Positions 21,970-32,445 are shown, numbered from the stretch's first letter. The stretch is 64,000 nt of DNA from an uncultured Planctomycetaceae bacterium (GCA_963813715.1 CAWFAK010000012.1:32001-96000); one strand, 5' to 3'. A program made the numbers and translations. The notes: generated by a model not told the origin, from the letters alone.

Positions 21970-22911
21970 TTACGGCCGGCTTTGGGAGACCCACACGCGT
22001 CCGACGCGTGCCCCCCTGAGACGGCCAGCGAGTGACCGCGCTTGACGGGCCGATTTGCACAGCCCGAAATACGCGGTCCCGCTGCCGCTCAACTGGTGCC
22101 CCAGCACCGGCAGGCTCGAAAACACAGACTGGAGTCGATACACCTCCGGGTTCAATCGTTCGGCTGGCGCTTGAAGCGCGTTATGCAACAGTCGGCCCGC
22201 GAGACCGATTTGCCCACAGCGGAGGGCCGCGGACAAATGGTGAACGCTCTGTTTTTCAGCCGGGACTTGAGCGTGCTTGTAGACCAGCGCCGTGGATAGG
22301 CCCGTCCGGGGACGGACAATCACGAAGTGCAGTCCGAGCGGCACATCCAGAGGCTCGATGATCTCGCCGCGCCCGTGACAAACGGCAGCCGACGTCCCGT
22401 CGACAAAGAAGGCCACATCGCTTCCAAGGTGCGATGCCAGCCGCTGAAGCTCGGAAACTCCGAGCCCCAGGTTCCAAAATCGATTCAAGGCCATCAGCGT
22501 CGCGGCTGCATCGCTCGACCCTCCAGCCAAGCCGGCAGCAGAGGGGATGCGCTTCACTAACGCGATGCGGACCCCTCGTTCGACGCCTGCATGCTCGCGC
22601 AGCAACCGGGCCGCTTTAACTACGAGGTTTTCGGACCCGAGCGGGATTCCCTCCCCACCCTCGTCCGTGCTCGTTGGGCCTGCCCCTGGCGGAGCCGACC
22701 CGCGTTTTCCGGACCCTAGTCCCGAGCACTGCAAACGAATTTCGTTTGAGTCCTCCTCCGTGAATATCAGGGTGTCGATCAGATCCACGGCGACCATGAG
22801 TGTCTCCAACTCGTGGTAGCCGTCCAGCCGTTTTCCGAGCAATTCCAGAAACAGGTTGAGCTTCGCCGGCGTATGCACCACCAGCGACGGGCCGACCCGC
22901 CGAAATCGCAT
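21970..22911 (-). CDS. ispE: 4-diphosphocytidyl-2-C-methyl-D-erythritol kinase
   Basis: PAKLNLFL...[34 protein letters not shown]. Confidence 0.95.
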   Translation of the reverse strand: MRFRRVGPSLVVHTPAKLNLFLELLGKRLDGYHELETLMVAVDLIDTLIFTEEDSNEIRLQCSGLGSGKRGSAPPGAGPTSTDEGGEGIPLGSENLVVKAARLLREHAGVERGVRIALVKRIPSAAGLAGGSSDAAATLMALNRFWNLGLGVSELQRLASHLGSDVAFFVDGTSAAVCHGRGEIIEPLDVPLGLHFVIVRPRTGLSTALVYKHAQVPAEKQSVHHLSAALRCGQIGLAGRLLHNALQAPAERLNPEVYRLQSVFSSLPVLGHQLSGSGTAYFGLCKSARQARSLAGRLRGARVGRVWVSQSRP

Positions 22912-23114
22912 CGGCTGAAGTCCTCCCGCAAAACGGCCCGACCGATCTCCCGAATCGCCAATCGCGGGCGACCTCAGTCGCGTCGCGAACAGATCAACGG
23001 ATATTCAACCGCTTGGCAGGGCACAAGTCTTTCGGCCGCTGCGAGCGGATTTTGGGACACTAGGGTTGGAGAATACTACCGACGATTCTCCCAACCGTCA
23101 AGACGCGTCTCGGG

Positions 23115-23144
23115 TTGCACTCTGTTTGTATACACATGTATACT
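23115..23144 (+). promoter_or_regulatory. Sigma70-like promoter overlapped by a GTATAC-N4-GTATAC dyad (candidate operator)
   Basis: TTGCAC (23115-20), 18 nt, TATACT (23139-44); dyad at 23128-23143. Confidence 0.55.
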
Positions 23145-23207
23145 TAGTGGGCGGTCGCCATTTCACATTTTTCATGGGACTGAACGCCCCTCGCGGCAAC
23201 TGCACCG

Positions 23208-24309
23208 ATGCTCGAAGGCTCCCAGCGTCCTCCCCAAAACGGTCCTCCACAAAAAGGTCGCTCGGCCGCCGGCGATCCGCCGAACCGGTTTCTCGCCGTG
23301 CATCGCGCGGCCGACCCCGATGCGGAACTCGACCCGGAGGATGATCCGTCGCAGCAGCGCGTGGCGACGCAATTCCTGCCCGATCGCTCCGAGTCGATCG
23401 TCACCGAAAACGACAGCCCGGACGTCCCCTTTCGCTACAGCGTCAATCCGTATCGCGGCTGCGAGCACGGTTGCAGCTATTGCTACGCACGGCCCAGCCA
23501 CGAATATCTCGGGCTGGGGGCTGGCCTCGATTTCGAGTCGAAGATTTTCGTCAAGGAGCGGGCGCCGGAACTCCTTGCCCGCTGGCTCGCGCGTGACAGT
23601 TGGCAGCCGGAAATGATCTGCTTTTCCGGCATCACCGACTGCTATCAGCCGGCCGAGCGGAATTACGCAGCTCACGCGCGGTTGCCTGCAGGTGGCGGCC
23701 GAGGCGCGACAGCCGATCGGCATCATCACCAAGAATCGGCTCGTGACCCGCGACCTGGACGTGCTCGCGCCTATGGCTGAGCGGGCGCTGGTTCACGTGT
23801 CGATCAGCATCACCACGCTCGACGAGCAATTGGCACGGCGGATGGAGCCGCGCACGAGCCGTCCGACCGCGAGGCTCGAGGCGATTCGCGAGCTGTCACG
23901 GGCCGGCGTGCCCACGCGGGTGATGATCGCCCCGGTCATTCCCGGCCTCAACGACAGCGAGATTCCGCAAATCCTCAAAGCGGCTCGGGAGGCGGGCGCC
24001 GGCGCGGCCGGCCACGTGCTCTTGCGGCTTTCCGGCTCGGTGCGCCCGGTCTTCCTTGAATGGCTGGCGCGGAGCGAACCGACGCGCGCGGCGCGCGTCG
24101 AAGGGGCCATTCGCCAGACGCGGGGCGGCCAGCTCAACGACACGCAATTCGGACGACGCATGCGCGGCACCGGAACTCGCGCCGAGCAAATCGACCAAAC
24201 GTTCGCGACCTTCGCCAAGCGATATGGCCTCGACGGGCCGCTCTCGTCCTTCGATTTCTCGCAATTTCGACCGCCCCAAATTCCGGGCGGACAACTGCGA
24301 CTCTTTTAA
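23208..24309 (+). CDS. PA0069/Rv2578c-family (SplB-like) radical SAM protein (frameshift near 23670)
   Basis: SVNPYRGCEHGCSYCYAR, TDCYQPAER, IITK, EPRT, APVIPGLND; C-terminal QLRLF. Confidence 0.9.
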
Positions 24310-24408
24310 GGATCGCTTGCGAGAGACGCGGGGCCAGGTCGGAGGACGCGCGCAAAAAAACGTCGCGAGGGGATCTCGAAATCCCGCCAATCATTGTAAT
24401 TCGCAGAC

Positions 24409-24444
24409 AAAAGCAGGCTGTCAACAAGCGAGTTGACAGCCTGC
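24409..24444 (-). terminator. Intrinsic terminator for the lipoprotein gene
   Basis: 13-bp stem GCAGGCTGTCAAC/GTTGACAGCCTGC followed by TTTT on the minus strand. Confidence 0.75.
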
Positions 24445-24580
24445 CCGATTCTGAATACGCGATCAAAACATCAAGCAGAGTAATGGCCGACGGATCGCCG
24501 AAGGCCCTTTGCATCGACTCGAGCGAGCACTGGATTGCTAATCCGGTGTGTCGGGAAACTGGCGGCGAAGATTCGATCGT

Positions 24581-24970
24581 TTATTTGGCCTTGAGCTTTT
24601 CAAGTTCCTCTTTGTTGAGCGCGTCAAGCTCGTCCTTCGACGGAACCTTCGCCAGGGCTTCTTTCGCCGCCGCCGCGACGTCGGGATCCGGATCGTTGAC
24701 AAACCGTTCATAGGCCGTCTTCAGCCCATAAATGCGCGCCGGGGACTCCTCTTCGGCGCTTTTCCTGATGTATTTGGCCCGTTCAGGCGGAGTAAGGCCG
24801 GCCAGAAAATTCCCGTACGATGTATTCGAGCCCATGCCCATCAGGCTCTGGTAATACTGGCTGTCCTTGAAGGTGTCTGATTCGACATTGGGGGGAGCAA
24901 TTCCGGACTTGCCGCACCCGGCGGCAAAGAGCACGCCAAACAAAAGTGCGAGGTAACTGGCATTCCTCAC
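24581..24970 (-). CDS. Small lipoprotein downstream of the DUF1559 gene
   Basis: Lipobox LFAAGC and a HEAT-like segment DPDPDVAAAAKEALAKV. Confidence 0.7.
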   Translation of the reverse strand: MRNASYLALLFGVLFAAGCGKSGIAPPNVESDTFKDSQYYQSLMGMGSNTSYGNFLAGLTPPERAKYIRKSAEEESPARIYGLKTAYERFVNDPDPDVAAAAKEALAKVPSKDELDALNKEELEKLKAK

Positions 24971-25076
24971 GTCAATTGATCCTTCGCTTTAATTCCCAAG
25001 AGCGCAAGTGACGCGGCCAGTCGACACGGTGACCTGCTGGACCAGGGGCGACGCATCACCTGCGCGAAGAAAACGC

Positions 25077-25117
25077 AAAAAAGGGCAGGCTGCCAACACG
25101 ATCGTTGGCAGCCCGCC
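25077..25117 (-). terminator. Intrinsic terminator after the DUF1559 gene
   Basis: GGCAGGCTGCCAAC/GTTGGCAGCCCGCC hairpin with a T6 tract on the minus strand. Confidence 0.7.
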
Positions 25118-25152
25118 AATCTTACGAGAACTTAAACCGCAAAGCAGAACGC

Positions 25153-26469
25153 TTACGGTTCGCCGACAGAGCCGCTCACCGTTTCGCCACCCTGCATGGT
25201 GGAGAGGCCGGTGTAGATCGACATGTCGATGCTGTCGTTGATGAACTGCACCGAGCCATCGCACAACAGGAAGAGGCCCCCGTTCGGATGGTCGCTACGG
25301 AAGTTCGAGATACTGCCGATCTCGGGATTCGTAGCCGCCAACGGCGCCGGGTTGGGCTGGCCATTGCTGGCATTCCCCACACCGGTCAGCGACAGGCTGA
25401 TCGGCGGGCCGCCGGCTCCCGAAGCCCACGTGCTCAAGCACGTGTTAAAGGCACTGGTCACAAAGGCGGGACCGGTGCCGCCCGCAGGACCGCCCAAATC
25501 CGCAAAGGTGTCGGTGACCGGGTTCTTGTTGAGTTGCTCCATCGTGCAGCCGCCGTTGCCGGCCGTCAGCACAAATTGGGCAGCGATGGAGTTGTTCGTG
25601 CTGTTCACGAACTGGTCGTTGACGAGGACCTGAACCCAAACGGGCTGGGGCGCACCCGCCGCAGACGCTGGGACGCCGAGCGCCAAGACCGCGGCCGGTA
25701 CCGGGGACGGCCAGGTGGGGGGAGTGAGGCAGTAGCGGCCACGACAAATCGTGAACTTCGGCGTCAGGATCAAGGGAGACATCGCGGCTTCGCCGATGGC
25801 GAACGTGCTGCTCGTGCCGTCCGTGATGTCACGGATGCGAGTGTTCCCGTTGATGTTGAACACGCCGAGTTCCCGGGCCGGAATCTTTGAGGTCGCCCAG
25901 CAATATTGGTCGCAGACGCCGTGGCAGAGGGCGTAGTTGATCGGGACGTCATAAAGTCCCTGCGACGCCACCCCCAGTCCGGGGAACTGATCGGGGAAGG
26001 TGTCGGACGGGCAGCGGTACAGCCCACTGGCGCCGGCCGCTTGCAGCGCGGATCGCGTCAGCCCAATCCCGTTCGTGGCAGCCGTGACCGTTTGGCTATT
26101 GCACGCGCGATTCCACTGATAGGCGCGGGCAAAGGCGGTCTGCTCGTCGTACGGCGTCATCAGGACGAAGGCATTGGCCATCGCATGACCGTAGACGTTG
26201 CCCGGAAACGGGGCGCCTTGGGACGCCCAAGTGTTGCCATACACGGACGCGCCCATGGGGAACATGCGGCAGACGTCGTGGTAGTTGTGCATGGCAATGC
26301 CGAACTGCTTCAGGTTGTTGCGGCATTGGCTGCGGCGGGCGGCCTCGCGAGCCGCTTGGACGGCCGGAAGCAGCAGGGCGATGAGCGTCGCGATAATCGC
26401 GATCACCACCAACAGCTCGATCAGAGTGAAGCCAGCGCGCCGATCGCGCTTCGGCTCAAGTCGTAACAT
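25153..26469 (-). CDS. DUF1559 prepilin-type N-terminal cleavage/methylation protein with H-X9-DG motif
   Basis: [14 protein letters not shown]...[47 protein letters not shown]. Confidence 0.95.
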   Translation of the reverse strand: MLRLEPKRDRRAGFTLIELLVVIAIIATLIALLLPAVQAAREAARRSQCRNNLKQFGIAMHNYHDVCRMFPMGASVYGNTWASQGAPFPGNVYGHAMANAFVLMTPYDEQTAFARAYQWNRACNSQTVTAATNGIGLTRSALQAAGASGLYRCPSDTFPDQFPGLGVASQGLYDVPINYALCHGVCDQYCWATSKIPARELGVFNINGNTRIRDITDGTSSTFAIGEAAMSPLILTPKFTICRGRYCLTPPTWPSPVPAAVLALGVPASAAGAPQPVWVQVLVNDQFVNSTNNSIAAQFVLTAGNGGCTMEQLNKNPVTDTFADLGGPAGGTGPAFVTSAFNTCLSTWASGAGGPPISLSLTGVGNASNGQPNPAPLAATNPEIGSISNFRSDHPNGGLFLLCDGSVQFINDSIDMSIYTGLSTMQGGETVSGSVGEP

Positions 26470-26853
26470 CGTAGACTCCTTGAAACTGGAACGGCCGGAA
26501 AAAGAACTAGAACACCAAAAGGCAAAACACTGACGTAAAACATTGAGGTGAAAGCACTTAAGACACGGCTAAGGAACTACTGAATTTGTTTACACTGCAG
26601 AAGGGATTTACAGCGCACAGGTGAACCTAAACCTTCAGATTGAACTAAGCAAATAGGGGGCTACCTGAAAGAGGCATCGGGGAATCCCCGATGCCAGTCA
26701 GCAAAACCTGAAGAAAGGCTGCGAATTTGCTGAAAACTGAACCGGCCCTGCCGCGCTCTTGAGCAGCATGGAGAAAAATTAAGGCGGAAAACTGAAGGCC
26801 CACTCAGCCAAATTGGCCTTTTCGGACGCGCCGCACGGCGGAACGACCCGGGG

Positions 26854-27022
26854 CCGCGGAGTTGGGCTCCCGCCAAACGCTTGCCGACCTCCCACACGGG
26901 GCCGGGAAAGGGGTGGCAAGCGGCCATCACCTGGTCGAAGGCGCTGACCAGATTTGTCGACGTCGGCCTCGTTGATCACCAAGTACGGTAAGAGCTTGAT
27001 GACGTCGAGATAATGCCCAGCG
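26854..27022 (-). pseudogene. Displaced duplicate of the 3' end of the hpnO-like gene
   Basis: Near-identical to 28775-28943; encodes ...AGHYLDVIKLLPYLVINE...MAACHPFPGPVWEVGKRLAGAQLRG with a 1-nt indel. Confidence 0.85.
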
Positions 27023-27165
27023 TCGGTCCGCCGCCGAGCTTGAGAGCCGGACCGCCTTGCCGAGATGACGGCGCAAATGCGGATTCCGCGGCCGAAAACG
27101 GCACGAACGTCCCCGTCATGGGAAGTATCCTGCATCACGATCGGCCGCTCGCGGAAGCCATCGTT

Positions 27166-27259
27166 TGAATCGCTCCGCCTCAGTGCTGATTCGCTCCACC
27201 TCGGTGCTGAATCGCTCCGCCGCGGGTTAATCACTCCGCCTCAGAGCGGCTTCGCTCCA
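27166..27259 (+). repeat. Array of about five degenerate ~21-bp direct repeats (TGAATCGCTCCGCCTCAGTGC)
   Basis: Units start at 27166, 27187, 27208, 27227 and 27248, ending about 30 bp before the decarboxylase ATG. Confidence 0.8.
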
Positions 27260-27287
27260 ACGCCTTCTTCGCAAGGACATTCGTGAG

Positions 27288-28702
27288 ATGACTTACTCCC
27301 CCACTCTGCGTCGAGCGCTCGATCATGCAACCCGATTCTTGGATGACCTCGAATGCAGGCCGGTCGCCACGACCGTCGGACTCGACGAGCTGCGAACACG
27401 GCTGGAGGGCGCGTTGTCCGAAAGAGGTATGGATCCGGTCGATGTGATTGATGAACTCGTGGCCAACACGGAGGGTGGTCTTCTGGGTTCCACTGGCGGT
27501 CGCTTCTTTGCCTGGGTCATCGGTGGTGCGCTCGAGTCGGCTCTGGCCGTCGACTGGCTCACCTCAGCCTGGAATCAGAACGCCGTTCTGTTCTCGACGG
27601 GTCCGGCGGCCGCTGTTGTCGAAGAAGTTGTCGGCGCGTGGCTCAAGGAGTTGCTCGGACTGCCGACTGACGCATCGTTCGCGCTCACGACCGGATGCCA
27701 GTTGGCGCACTTCACGTGCCTGGCCGCGGCACGCTACGCCGTCCTGCGCGATTTGGACTGGAACGTCAACGAGCGCGGGCTATTCGATGCTCCCACGCTG
27801 CGAATACTGGCGAGCGACCAACGTCATGCCTCGGTCGATCGGGCTGTTCGCTATTTGGGGCTCGGCACCGAGAACATCATCGGAGTGCCCACGAACGCGG
27901 CCGGCCAGATCGATGTCGCCCTCTTCCAGGCGGCACTCGCGGACGAAACGGGCCCCAAGATCGTGGTGCTCAATGCGGCGGATTTGAACATTGCCGCAAT
28001 CGACGACTTCAACGAGCTGATTCCTCTGGCGCACCAATACGGCGCCTGGGTGCACATCGACGGTGCCTTCGGACTCATGGCCCGTGCGAGCCGGTCCAAG
28101 CGACCGCTCACCCGCGGGATCGAACTGGCTCAAAGCTGGGCGACGGATGGTCACAAATGGTTGAATGTCCCGTTCGACTGTGGTTTTGCGTTTGTGCAAG
28201 ATCGGGACGCGCACCGGGCCAGCATGACAGTCAGCGCCAACTACATCACGACGGATAAACAAGCCCGCGACGAGATTGACTGGAACCCGGAATGGTCGCG
28301 CCGCAGCCGCGGATTCACGGTCTATGCCGCGATCAAAGAGCTGGGGCGCGCCGGCTTGGAACAGCTCATCGACCGCTCCTGCGCCACGCTCGGGCGATCG
28401 TCGACGGCATCGGCCAGCTTCCCGGCACGGAGGTCTTGTGGAATTCTCAGCTCAATCAGGGACTCGTGCGGTTTATCGACGCGCGGCCCGGCGCTGGCGA
28501 GACGGATCACGACGCCCGCACCGACACCGTGATCGCGGCCGTCAACGCCACCGGCGAGGCGTTTTTCAGCGGCACGACTTGGCGCGGCAAGCGAGCGATG
28601 CGAGTCAGCGTCGTCAACTGGCGAACGTCGGAATCAGACGTGCAGCGGGCCATCAACGCGGTGGCCTCCGTGCTGACGCGCGGAAAAGATCTACGGTCCT
28701 AA
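27288..28702 (+). CDS. Group II PLP-dependent amino-acid decarboxylase (frameshift near 28385)
   Basis: GRFFAWVIGG, WVHIDGAFG, SWATDGHKWLNVPFDCG, PEWSRR; the C-terminus GTTWRGKRAMRVSVVNWRT is in the next frame. Confidence 0.9.
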
Positions 28703-28772
28703 GGCAACTCGTTGCGCACGGCTTTGGAGACCGATAGACCCGGTTCTTGTAACCGCGCCCGGGCTCAGGCCC

Positions 28773-30149
28773 CTAGCCCCTCAGCTGGGCTCCCGCCAAG
28801 CGCTTGCCGACCTCCCAGACGGGGCCGGGAAAGCGGTGGCAAGCGGCCATCACCTGATCGAAGGCGCCGACCAGATAGTCGACGTCGTCCTCGTTGATCA
28901 CCAGGGACGGTAAGAGCTTGATGACGTCCAGATGATGCCCGGCAACCTGGGCGAGCACGCGATGCTCGGTCAGCAGCGGAATCAGCATCGCCTGGCAAAA
29001 CAGGCTCGCATCGAGCGAGTGCAACAGGTTCCAGCCCATCTTGAGGGTCAGGCTGGTCGGCTGCTTAAACTCGATTCCGAGCATCAGCCCGCGGCCCCGC
29101 ACTTCGGAGAACATCTCGTACTGGCTGCCGACTGCGCGGAGCTTTTCGGCCAGCCGATTGCCCATCGCGGCCGAGTTCTCGACCAGCTTTTCTTCCTTCA
29201 GCACCGTCAGCGTGGCCAGTCCCGCCGCCATTGCCAGATCATTTTCGGTGAAGGTGGACGAATGGACAAAGCAGCGGTCCAGCCGCGAAAAGACCTTTTC
29301 GTGGATCCAGCGTTTGCTCAGCACGGCCCCCACGGGCATGTAACCGCCGGAGAGGGCCTTGGCGACGATCAGAATGTCCGGCTCGACGCCCCAGTGCTCG
29401 CACGCGAACATCTTGCCCGTGCGGCCCAGGCCCGTTTGCACCTCGTCGGCAATGAAGATCGCCTTGTGCTTGCGACAGAGCGCAGCCGCTTCGGGCAGGT
29501 AGCCGTCGCTGGGGACGAAAACGCCCTTCCCCTGAATCGGCTCGACGATGAAGCCGGCCACGTCGCCCCGGGCCAATTCCCGCTCGAGCGCGGCCAGATC
29601 GTTGAACGGGACGGCCGTCACCGGCTCGAGCATCGGCCCGAAGCCCTCTTTGAATTCGTCGTTGCCGTTAACCGACAGCGATCCCAGGCTCAGTCCGTGA
29701 AAGGACCGCTTGCAGTGGATGATCCGTGACTTGCCCGTCGCCGCGCGGGCGTATTTGATCGACGTTTCGACTCCTTCGGTCCCGCTGTTGGTGAAGAAGA
29801 CCATGTCGAGCTGGCCCGGCGCGAGCTGGATCAGCTCGCGGGCCAACAGCCCCGACAGCGAAGCGACGCCCATCGCGACGAGGTTGGGCAGGTCGAGATC
29901 CATCGCCTGCTTGAGCGATTCGCGGATCGCCGGGTGATTGCGGCCGCAGGCGAACGTGCCGAAGCCGGACAGGCAATCGACGTAGCGGTTGCCGGCCTCG
30001 TCGAACAGGTACGCGCCCTTCCCCCGCACGTACTGCTTGTTGTAGCCGATAACCTTGAGCGCCTTGCATAGGGCCGGATTGATCCGCTCTTCGGAGAGCA
30101 GCGCCAAATGGCCGCGCTCGTCGGTGAGCAACGCTTTCAGGTCCAGCAT
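28773..30149 (-). CDS. hpnO: Class III aminotransferase, HpnO-like (aminobacteriohopanetriol synthesis)
   Basis: DCLSGFGTFACGRNHP, FIVEPIQGKG, DEVQTGLGRTG, AKALSGG. The C-terminal LFCQ...HRVLAQVAGH...IKLLP...PGPVW pattern is as I recall for HpnO. Confidence 0.7.
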   Translation of the reverse strand: MLDLKALLTDERGHLALLSEERINPALCKALKVIGYNKQYVRGKGAYLFDEAGNRYVDCLSGFGTFACGRNHPAIRESLKQAMDLDLPNLVAMGVASLSGLLARELIQLAPGQLDMVFFTNSGTEGVETSIKYARAATGKSRIIHCKRSFHGLSLGSLSVNGNDEFKEGFGPMLEPVTAVPFNDLAALERELARGDVAGFIVEPIQGKGVFVPSDGYLPEAAALCRKHKAIFIADEVQTGLGRTGKMFACEHWGVEPDILIVAKALSGGYMPVGAVLSKRWIHEKVFSRLDRCFVHSSTFTENDLAMAAGLATLTVLKEEKLVENSAAMGNRLAEKLRAVGSQYEMFSEVRGRGLMLGIEFKQPTSLTLKMGWNLLHSLDASLFCQAMLIPLLTEHRVLAQVAGHHLDVIKLLPSLVINEDDVDYLVGAFDQVMAACHRFPGPVWEVGKRLAGAQLRG

Positions 30150-30433
30150 GCTGAATCTCGCGGCATCCAGTCCGCTGACACTCGCGCCCGGATCCGTGCG
30201 CGGCAGCGAGCCTGCACACTGTAAATACCGCGGAAATCACCGAGGGAATTACCGGGGACGAGCCGATCCTCTGGTCCCTGTGGTGAGAGCCACGACCGGG
30301 CCGCCGCCGCGCGACGAGAGTCGCCCGACCACGGCCCGTCCCAGGGACTTCGGCCGAAGAATACTTTGATTCCGCTCAGAGGGGCAAGTGCGTTTTGTGT
30401 CCGGCCCCGTTTCCGGCGGTCAATCGCAGGCCG

Positions 30434-31921
30434 TCACACCTTGTTCGGGGCGGGAACTTCGAAGCCCCGATTGTTGGCGTCCTTGAGCAACGCGTTGGCT
30501 TCGGTCGCGAATTCGCCGACGCAGCGCTCGGTCTGGGGATCGAACGTGAGCCAGGGCCCGACCACGTATTCGGCCTTGTCCTCGGGCACTCCCACGCCGT
30601 CCCGCATGATGGCGTGCAGCTTCATGAAGTGCTCGTGAGCGTCGGCATTATCGCCGAAACGGCCTGCTTTGGCGTTGAACGGAACCTTCTTGCCCAGGCG
30701 GTAGGAGTTGTTCATCAGGTGGCCCATCAGGCTGCCGTAGTGGGCCTCGACCGCGTTGCCGTTGGCCATCTCGGGCTTGCCCGCGCGACAGGCGGCGATG
30801 AAGGCCGCCCAGTTGCCGCCGGGAGTCACTTTGCCGGGAGGAACCGAGATCTTTTCGCCGGTCTTTTTCCCCTTCGCGAAATACATCAACTCCTTTTCGT
30901 CCTTCTTCTTCTTGTTCGTCGCGACGGGAACGATCTTGCCGCCGTCCTCGAAGTAATACTCGTTCTCGACCTGGTGTTCGTAGCCCTCATAGTCGACGTT
31001 GCGGACGTTGAAAAACACTTCCTGGCCGTTGGGGAATTGAGCGATGCCGAACATGGTGTTCGGAGTCTCTCCCTGGTCGTTCCACTTGAATCGTCCGCCA
31101 ATGGCCATCGCGCGGACGGGAGACGTCTGATCCTTGTCGAGGGCCCAGCGGGCGATATCGAGCTGGTGGGTCCCCTGGTTGTTCATGTCGCCGTTGCCCG
31201 TCTTCCAGAACCAGTGCCAGTTGTAGGGGACGAGATTGGCGTGATACTGGCTGACTTCGGCCGGGCCTTTCCACAAGTTCCAGTCGAGGTACGCGGGCGG
31301 ATTCGTGGGCGACTTGAAGCCGATGCCGAACCGCGGCTTGCAGCAGTAGCCGTAGGAGATCTTGAGCCGGCCGAACTTCCCTTCGTGAATGGCTTCGTGC
31401 AGGCCGGCAATTTTCGCGTTGCTGCGGCTCTGCGTGCCGTGCTGCACCACCACGCCGTACTTCTTCTGTGCCTCGAGGGCCGAGCGCCCCTCGCCGATGT
31501 CGTGGCTCATCGGCTTTTCGACGTAAACGTGTTTCCCCGCCTGGCAGCCCCAAATCGTGATCAGCGAGTGCCAGTGATTGGGCGTGGCAACCGAAATCGC
31601 GTCGAGCGAGCGATCTTCGAGAGCATGGCGCACGTCGGCCAGTCCCTTGGGTTGCGAGCGGCCTTTCGACTGTTTCGCGACAGCCTTGAGCGTCCGCGAC
31701 AGCACGTTGTGCTCGGGATCGATCAGGTAGACGATCTCGACGTTCGGCTGCTCCAGCCAACCCTTGATATGCGCTTTGCCGCGGCCGTTAAGGCCGGCGA
31801 CCGCGATTCGCAAACGGTCGTTGGCTCCGATGATCTTCCCCGAGGCACGAGTCCCCGTAATCAAGAGCGATGCGCCGGCAGCGGCAGTGCCTTGCAGGAA
31901 ATTTCGTCGTGAAAGAACCAT
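30434..31921 (-). CDS. Gfo/Idh/MocA oxidoreductase with Tat signal
   Basis: SRRNFL, VATPNHWH, HVYVEKP, NQGTHQLD. Confidence 0.9.
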   Translation of the reverse strand: MVLSRRNFLQGTAAAGASLLITGTRASGKIIGANDRLRIAVAGLNGRGKAHIKGWLEQPNVEIVYLIDPEHNVLSRTLKAVAKQSKGRSQPKGLADVRHALEDRSLDAISVATPNHWHSLITIWGCQAGKHVYVEKPMSHDIGEGRSALEAQKKYGVVVQHGTQSRSNAKIAGLHEAIHEGKFGRLKISYGYCCKPRFGIGFKSPTNPPAYLDWNLWKGPAEVSQYHANLVPYNWHWFWKTGNGDMNNQGTHQLDIARWALDKDQTSPVRAMAIGGRFKWNDQGETPNTMFGIAQFPNGQEVFFNVRNVDYEGYEHQVENEYYFEDGGKIVPVATNKKKKDEKELMYFAKGKKTGEKISVPPGKVTPGGNWAAFIAACRAGKPEMANGNAVEAHYGSLMGHLMNNSYRLGKKVPFNAKAGRFGDNADAHEHFMKLHAIMRDGVGVPEDKAEYVVGPWLTFDPQTERCVGEFATEANALLKDANNRGFEVPAPNKV

Positions 31922-32124
31922 GGGGAACTCCAAAAGCGCAGGGAGAGTGAACGGGCGGGACGGACTGCGGACAAAGGCGGCGGAGGATCGAATCGGCATC
32001 AATCCCCGGGAAATTCATCCTAACACGGCGGCCGGACGAATTCGACTGGACGGCGACCCTGCCCCGGTTCGAACGCGAAGCACCGCGCCGGTTTTGAGGT
32101 TTTTCAGTCGGGCGGAGGCTGCTC

Positions 32125-32445
32125 TCAGCCGGGCGAGTTTGTCGTCTCGGTCGACCCGGCGTCCGGTTGCGGGATCGGTTCGGCCGGAGCGTGTCGCTCA
32201 TGCGGATGGCCCGCCACCGTCGACGGGGTCCACGACGGCGGGTCACTGGCCGGAAAAGTCTCCATCCCGGCTTCGTCGACGAGAAAGTCCTCGAAAGGCG
32301 CGTTCGGTGCGGCTTCCGCCTGTGTGTCTTCGTCCGGAGAGGGGGAGGCATCCTCATCGCGCACGAGTTGTTCGGAGAGTTTACGTTCATCGGAGAGGGT
32401 GACCTCGGTCGCCTGCTCCGCATGGTCTTGTTTGCTTTCGAGCAT
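32125..32445 (-). CDS. Small acidic protein with FPASDPP motif
   Basis: VDEAGMETFPASDPPSW, a motif that recurs in small bacterial hypothetical proteins. Confidence 0.65.
   Translation of the reverse strand: MLESKQDHAEQATEVTLSDERKLSEQLVRDEDASPSPDEDTQAEAAPNAPFEDFLVDEAGMETFPASDPPSWTPSTVAGHPHERHAPAEPIPQPDAGSTETTNSPG

Noticed and set aside
27166..27259. Mini CRISPR array
   Set aside because: The repeats abut with no unique spacers.
32060..32090. tRNA (GGTTCGAA T-loop-like word)
   Set aside because: No cloverleaf can be formed around it; no tRNA or rRNA was found in the window.
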